The notes under the pieces were generated by a model. The model did not search any database, was not told the origin of the DNA, and saw only the letters and a program-made list of their open reading frames with translations. This document shows positions 59,522-64,000 of a DNA stretch of 64,000 bases, in pieces (the stretch's first letter is position 1; the number at the start of each line of letters is the position of its first letter). The stretch comes from an uncultured Gemmatimonadaceae bacterium. Its GTDB lineage: Bacteria > Gemmatimonadota > Gemmatimonadetes > Gemmatimonadales > Gemmatimonadaceae. The stretch is from contig CAZLLP010000005.1 of assembly GCA_964560345.1 (NCBI GenBank), positions 47,071 to 111,070 of the forward strand, read 5' to 3'. The translations under genes and the position numbers were made by a program.

Positions 59522-61072
59522 TCAGGACTCTTGGGACAGCAGGCGCAGCGAGCGCCCGGTCATTTCAGTCGGTTGGTCGATGCCGAGCATCGAAAGAATC
59601 GTCGGTCCCACGTCGCACAGCGCACCCCCGCCTCGCAGCGGGCGGTCGCCGTCCGGATCGACGACGACGAGCGGGACCGGGTTGGTCGTGTGCGCCGTGT
59701 GCGGGCCACCGGTCTCCGGGTCGATCATCACTTCACAGTTGCCGTGGTCGGCGGTGACCAGGAGTCGCGCCCCCGCCTTCTCCGCTGCCTTGATGACACG
59801 TGCCAGGCATTCGTCCACCGTCTCGAGCGCCTTGATCACCGCCGGGATCGACCCGGTGTGCCCCACCATGTCCGCATTGGCGTAGTTACACAGGGTGAAG
59901 TCGTACGATCCACTCGCAATCGCCTCCACCAGCACGTCGGTTACCCCCGCGGCCGACATCTCGGGCTGCAGGTCGTACGTGGGGACCTTGGGGCTGGCCA
60001 CCAGGTTGCGCACTTCCCCTGCAAACGGCGTCTCGATCCCGCCGTTGAAGAAATAGGTCACGTGCGGGTACTTCTCGGTTTCCGCCGTGCGAAACATCGT
60101 CATCCCCGTCTCCGACACCACCTCGGCGACAATGCGGGCCATCGAGAAGGGGGGGAAGGCGACCGGGAAGGAGAAGGTCTCGTCGTACGACGTCATCGTC
60201 GCCAGGTGCAAGCGCTGCGGGCGTGTGCTGATGTCGAAGCCGCCGAAGTCGGGCTGCGTGAGCGCCCGCACCATCTGCCGCATGCGATCCGAGCGGTAGT
60301 TGAAGCCGATGATCGCGTCGCCGTCGCGGATCGGGGCCACCGGCTCGCCGTATTCCGTCACCACCATCGGGGTGATGAACTCGTCGGTCTCGCCGCGATC
60401 GTAGGCGGCGCGAATGGCGGCCAGCGGATCATCGGTCGACGGTCCGACTCCCATCACGCTGTCGTACCACTTCTTGACCCGCTCCCACCGCTTGTCGCGA
60501 TCCATCCCGAAGTAGCGCCCACCTAACGAGGCGATCTTCGCCCGTCCCCTGGCCGCGGCCAGCGTCTGCTGCATGTAGCCAAAGCCGTTGGTCGGCAGCG
60601 TGTCGCGCCCGTCCATGAGCGCGTGGATCGCGACCTTGGCCACCCCCTGCTGCTCGGCCAGCTCGATGAGCGCGAACAGGTGCGACTGCATGGCGTGCAC
60701 GCCGCCATCGCCCATGAGTCCCAGCAGGTGCAGCGTCCCGCCGTTCCGCTTCACGTGGGCGCAGGCGTCCACAAAGGCCGGCTTGGTGAAGAACGAGCGG
60801 TCGGTGATCGACTCCTCGATGCGCACCAGGTCCTGCTTGACCACCCGCCCGGCGCCCAGGTTGAGGTGCCCCACCTCGCTGTTTCCCATCTGACCGGCGG
60901 GGAGTCCTACCGCGAGCCCCGACGCGTCCAGAAGGGTGCGAGGCGCCTTGGACCAGAGCGCGTTCCAGGTCGGCATCTTTGCCATCGCAACGGCGTTACC
61001 TTCCGCGGCATCGCGATGGCCAAAGCCATCGACGACCACGAGGACCACGGGGCGCGTATTCGGACGGGGCAT
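59522..61072 (-). CDS. gpmI: 2,3-bisphosphoglycerate-independent phosphoglycerate mutase
   Basis: ATG at 61072. Carries VVDGFG, the MGNSEVGHLNLGAGR catalytic Ser motif, and TADHGN. Confidence 0.92.
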   Translation of the reverse strand: MPRPNTRPVVLVVVDGFGHRDAAEGNAVAMAKMPTWNALWSKAPRTLLDASGLAVGLPAGQMGNSEVGHLNLGAGRVVKQDLVRIEESITDRSFFTKPAFVDACAHVKRNGGTLHLLGLMGDGGVHAMQSHLFALIELAEQQGVAKVAIHALMDGRDTLPTNGFGYMQQTLAAARGRAKIASLGGRYFGMDRDKRWERVKKWYDSVMGVGPSTDDPLAAIRAAYDRGETDEFITPMVVTEYGEPVAPIRDGDAIIGFNYRSDRMRQMVRALTQPDFGGFDISTRPQRLHLATMTSYDETFSFPVAFPPFSMARIVAEVVSETGMTMFRTAETEKYPHVTYFFNGGIETPFAGEVRNLVASPKVPTYDLQPEMSAAGVTDVLVEAIASGSYDFTLCNYANADMVGHTGSIPAVIKALETVDECLARVIKAAEKAGARLLVTADHGNCEVMIDPETGGPHTAHTTNPVPLVVVDPDGDRPLRGGGALCDVGPTILSMLGIDQPTEMTGRSLRLLSQES

Positions 61073-61146
61073 CTTGGCTGGGGAGCCGGTGGCGTGATAT
61101 CGTCGATCGAACGAAGCTGGGAATGTATCACCGCGCCCAAGCCTGA

Positions 61147-61851
61147 ATGAGTGCACACCCGACCAACGGCGGCTGGTCTGCCCTGCGGCGCACCTACCCT
61201 CGAACCGTCGCCGTTCTCGCGACGCTCATTGCCGTCTTCCTGGTCGGCGACGCCATTCTCGCCGCGCGCTACCTCCGGTACCGCGCCGAGACCGCGCGCC
61301 TGCGCGATGGCATGACCGACGCCGAGCGACAGCGGGCCGACATGGTGTCCAACGCCGAAGAGAGCAAAGTCAGCGTGATGCTCGAACTCATTCGGCGTCA
61401 GGCGGCGGGTGACAGGGACCTGCACCTGTCGGTCTCCATCGATAGCGGGACGATGGCGCTCGAACGCGATGGCGCGCTCCTGCGCGACATGCGTATCGAG
61501 GTCGGGGGGGAGAAGGTCGTGGTCGAGGGAAGAGACAGTGTGCACGTGGTCAAGCCGCGCGGCGCGCGCTCGGTCGAACGGGTGATGGGGGCGCGCGACC
61601 CGTGGGAGGTGCCGGGATGGGTCTATGCCGATCGCGGCGTTCCACTCCCCGCCGATCGCAAGCTGCCGGGGGCCCTGGGACGCAACGCCCTCGTCCTGAG
61701 CGGCGGGACAGTGATCTACGCACTCCCGGATTCGGGGGTGCTGGCCGATAGTGGATATGTGCTCCCCGGCGCCGTGCGCGTCTCGCGGAGCGACCTGCGC
61801 GCCATTGCCCCGATCATCGCGCCGGGGGTTACGGTGTATTTCTACGAATGA
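61147..61851 (+). CDS. membrane-anchored YkuD-like protein lacking the catalytic His/Cys (pseudo-L,D-transpeptidase)
   Basis: N-terminal TM helix. The C-terminal part is collinear with the next gene's YkuD domain, but SHGCVRLRNED is replaced by LPGAVRVSRSD. The stop overlaps the next start (ATGA). Confidence 0.6.
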   Translation: MSAHPTNGGWSALRRTYPRTVAVLATLIAVFLVGDAILAARYLRYRAETARLRDGMTDAERQRADMVSNAEESKVSVMLELIRRQAAGDRDLHLSVSIDSGTMALERDGALLRDMRIEVGGEKVVVEGRDSVHVVKPRGARSVERVMGARDPWEVPGWVYADRGVPLPADRKLPGALGRNALVLSGGTVIYALPDSGVLADSGYVLPGAVRVSRSDLRAIAPIIAPGVTVYFYE

Positions 61852-62705
61852 ACGACGTCCGGCACTTCCTCAAGCACGGCGGCACTCCGGCGCGGGTCCT
61901 GCTCGCCCTCGTCGTCCTTCTCCTGCTCGGTAGCGCCGGGCTGGGGGCCGCGACGGTCACGGCGCGCTACCGCCGCGACCTCACCCGCATGGTCTTCAAC
62001 GACAACCTCGAGGTCCTCGAGGACGTGAAGCGGAAGGTCGGGGTGGTCTCCGACTCGCTGCAGACCATTGTCGAGGCGCCGATCGACTCGATCGCCAGCA
62101 AGGCCTACATCGTCGTCAGCATTGCCGACCGTCGCCTGTGGTATCGCGACGGCGATTCGCTCCTGTTCACCACCCGGGTGGCGACGGGGAGCGGAAAGGT
62201 CCTGGCCAAGGGCGGCGGGAACCAGTGGAAGTTCGAGACCCCGCGCGGGCGCCTGGTCGTCCTGAGCAAGGAGAGCGACCCAGCCTGGGTTCCCCCCGAC
62301 TGGCATTACGTCGAGGTGGCGCACAAGAAGAAGCTGGGGCTCCTCAACCTCAAGCGCACCGACCAAATCCCGCTCCCCGACGGCAGCTTTCTGGCCGTGA
62401 ACGGGAGCAACGTCGTGAAGCGTCTCGCCGACGGCGCGGAGGAGGTGCTGGAGGCCGGGGAGGGGAAGGACCTGATCGTGAACGGGAACGTGATCATCCC
62501 GCCGTTCGGGACCAACCAGCGCCGCTTTCCCGGGGTGGTAGGGACGCACCGCCTCAATCTGGGCGACGGCTACGCCCTGCACGGCACCGACGTCCCCAGC
62601 TCGATCGGGAGCGCCGCGAGCCATGGGTGCGTGCGCTTGCGGAACGAGGATATCGAGACCCTGTTCCGCATCGTGCCGGTCGGGACGCCGGTCTACATTT
62701 ACTGA
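61848..62705 (+). CDS. L,D-transpeptidase (YkuD domain)
   Basis: N-terminal TM helix and a YkuD catalytic motif, LHGTD....IGSAASHGCVRLRNEDIETLF. Confidence 0.85.
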   Translation: MNDVRHFLKHGGTPARVLLALVVLLLLGSAGLGAATVTARYRRDLTRMVFNDNLEVLEDVKRKVGVVSDSLQTIVEAPIDSIASKAYIVVSIADRRLWYRDGDSLLFTTRVATGSGKVLAKGGGNQWKFETPRGRLVVLSKESDPAWVPPDWHYVEVAHKKKLGLLNLKRTDQIPLPDGSFLAVNGSNVVKRLADGAEEVLEAGEGKDLIVNGNVIIPPFGTNQRRFPGVVGTHRLNLGDGYALHGTDVPSSIGSAASHGCVRLRNEDIETLFRIVPVGTPVYIY

Positions 62706-62915
62706 CCCGTCGGTCACAGGTCAGGAACCTTCCGCGGGCGGAAGGGGTCCCAAAGCACGTCGTTTTGACCGATCTTGCTCATGCGCCTGGGAAGTGACAG
62801 CTACCGGGCGTTTCCCCCTCCTCCTCACCGTTCGCCTCCCGGCGTGACGTCGCCCAGTTCGGGGCGTCGATCCGCGGGACCCTCGGCATCCACCGGAAGA
62901 CGGGACATCGCCCAC

Positions 62916-63842
62916 GTGCATTTCTCATCGAAAGGTCTGCGCGCCGCTCTCTGCAGCTTCGCGCTCGTCTCGCTTGCGCCTGTCAGCGCGAGCGCCGTCA
63001 CCCCAATCGATCCGCCCAGAACGGCGGCGATTCGCGTGACGAGCCTGTCCAACGATTCGCTCGGAGGACGCAGCGGGAAGCTCAAGGCCCGCATCGTCTC
63101 GACCAAACGCGATGGGAGCATTCGCATCCTGCGACAGCTCTTTGGCGATTCGGCCTCCCAGCGCCCGGGGATCTACCACGCCGCCGACTCGGCGACGGGC
63201 AAGCGCTTCGCCCTGATCAACCTCCTCCCGTTCCAGGCGCGCGAGCGCGGAAAGCTCGGGGGCTACCGTATCGGTTTCTGGCCGGGTGAACGTCGCGCCA
63301 CGTGGGCCAGCAACAAGGCGCCCGAGGGGTTCATCGAGGTGACCACGGAGAACCAGGACACGCCGCTCTCCGAGCACTTCCGCATCCGCGACTTTCTGAC
63401 CCACGACCAGCAGGCGGTGTGGCCCAAGTATCTCGTGCTGCGCGAGGCGCTGGTCGACAAGCTCGAACTGCTGATCTCGGACCTGCAGACCCGCGGCTAC
63501 CGCGTGGCCAGCATGCCGGTCATGTCGGGTTTCCGCACGCCGCAGTACAACGCGTTAGGCGTGGGGGCCAAGGGGGGGCGGGCCAAGGACTCGCGTCACC
63601 AGTACGGTGACGCCGCCGACATCTTCATCGACAACGATGGCGATGGGCGCATGGACGACCTCAATCGCGATGGGCGCGTGGACACGCGCGACGCCAAGGT
63701 GGTGCTCGAGTCGGTGGAGCGGATCGAGAGCGCGCATCCCGATCTGATCGGGGGCGCGGGACTGTATCGTGCGACGTCGTCGCATGGACCGTTCGTTCAC
63801 GTCGATGTGCGCGGCTCCCGCGCACGCTGGGGGAGGATCTAG
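62916..63842 (+). CDS. peptidase M15A/DUF882-type peptidoglycan peptidase (YcbK/MepK-like)
   Basis: Signal peptide after GTG 62916 (start uncertain; the track ORF begins at 62775). Zn ligand contexts SGFRTPQYN...SRHQYGDAADI and HVDVR, with a D-rich (DNDGDGRMDDLNRDGRVD) insert. Confidence 0.7.
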   Translation: MHFSSKGLRAALCSFALVSLAPVSASAVTPIDPPRTAAIRVTSLSNDSLGGRSGKLKARIVSTKRDGSIRILRQLFGDSASQRPGIYHAADSATGKRFALINLLPFQARERGKLGGYRIGFWPGERRATWASNKAPEGFIEVTTENQDTPLSEHFRIRDFLTHDQQAVWPKYLVLREALVDKLELLISDLQTRGYRVASMPVMSGFRTPQYNALGVGAKGGRAKDSRHQYGDAADIFIDNDGDGRMDDLNRDGRVDTRDAKVVLESVERIESAHPDLIGGAGLYRATSSHGPFVHVDVRGSRARWGRI

Positions 63843-64000
63843 CAGGGGTGTACCAGCACCAGTGGCCGTCCTCGCCGCAACAGCAGCCCCCCGCGACACG
63901 CTCGCGCGTGTCGCGGTTGAAGGCGAGCGCGTTCCCGATCCTCGGCTTCGTGGTGCTCGCGGCGGGGTCGTTGCTGGCGCTGCGTCGTGCCGACGCGGCG

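Noticed and set aside
63848-64000. An open reading frame running off the right edge (GTG 63848; ...SRLKASAFPILGFVVLAAGSLLALRRADAA).
   Set aside because: Only 51 codons are visible, with one hydrophobic helix and no motif. This is too little to call a gene.

Overview
High-GC (roughly two-thirds G+C by eye) bacterial chromosomal segment, densely packed with about 58 protein genes on both strands. I recognised no rRNA, tRNA, CRISPR array, transposase or prophage genes. All annotation is from motif reading of the ORF track and the raw sequence; no searches were run.

Gene order, left to right:
- topA (3' end)-trmFO-xerC-hslV-hslU, then a hybrid PAS/GAF histidine kinase, argF and gcvT.
- mogA, overlapping a sigma-54 enhancer-binding protein.
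- A lower-GC stretch (~11.9-16.05 kb) holding an unknown 267-aa protein, an HD-GYP membrane protein and the 3' third of a 1036-aa SARP/STAND ATPase.
- MoxR ATPase and a BsuPI-like lipoprotein.
- The F0+delta half of an ATP synthase operon (atpZ-I-B-E-F-H).
- A cupin and a sugar nucleotidyltransferase, then FMO, M20 peptidase, MFS, a GNAT-DinB fusion, an alpha/beta hydrolase and a membrane MutS-like ATPase.
- cstA-S9 peptidase-ybdD, a lipoprotein, IDH, a metallophosphoesterase, a SprT-like protein, a penicillin-acylase family protein, gcdH and an LpxR-like protein.
- A peroxiredoxin-like gene with an in-frame TGA at the redox-motif position (candidate selenoprotein), then an SDR.
- etfB-etfA plus a membrane Fe-S oxidoreductase.
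- A molybdenum-cofactor operon, fdhD-mobA-mobB-[dacB]-moeA-methyltransferase.
- queD, an OMP, gpmI, and a pseudo-L,D-transpeptidase / L,D-transpeptidase / M15 peptidase trio.

Signals not explained by the gene list:
1. The oligomer GCGTTAGGC (core CGTTAGG) is extremely over-represented. There are about 44 core copies on both strands, mostly inside genes, where they force rare TTA codons and supply 8 stop codons.
2. A dispersed family of GAAGACGG / GGGAGAC (CCGTCTTC / CTCCCGT) tandem octamer/heptamer arrays. Two of them form ~110-nt hairpin elements with a shared core.
3. TAGATT-type -10 boxes lie 6-10 nt upstream of several start codons, suggesting leaderless mRNAs.
4. A sharp composition break lies inside the STAND ATPase ORF.

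Counts were made by eye and may be off by a few.
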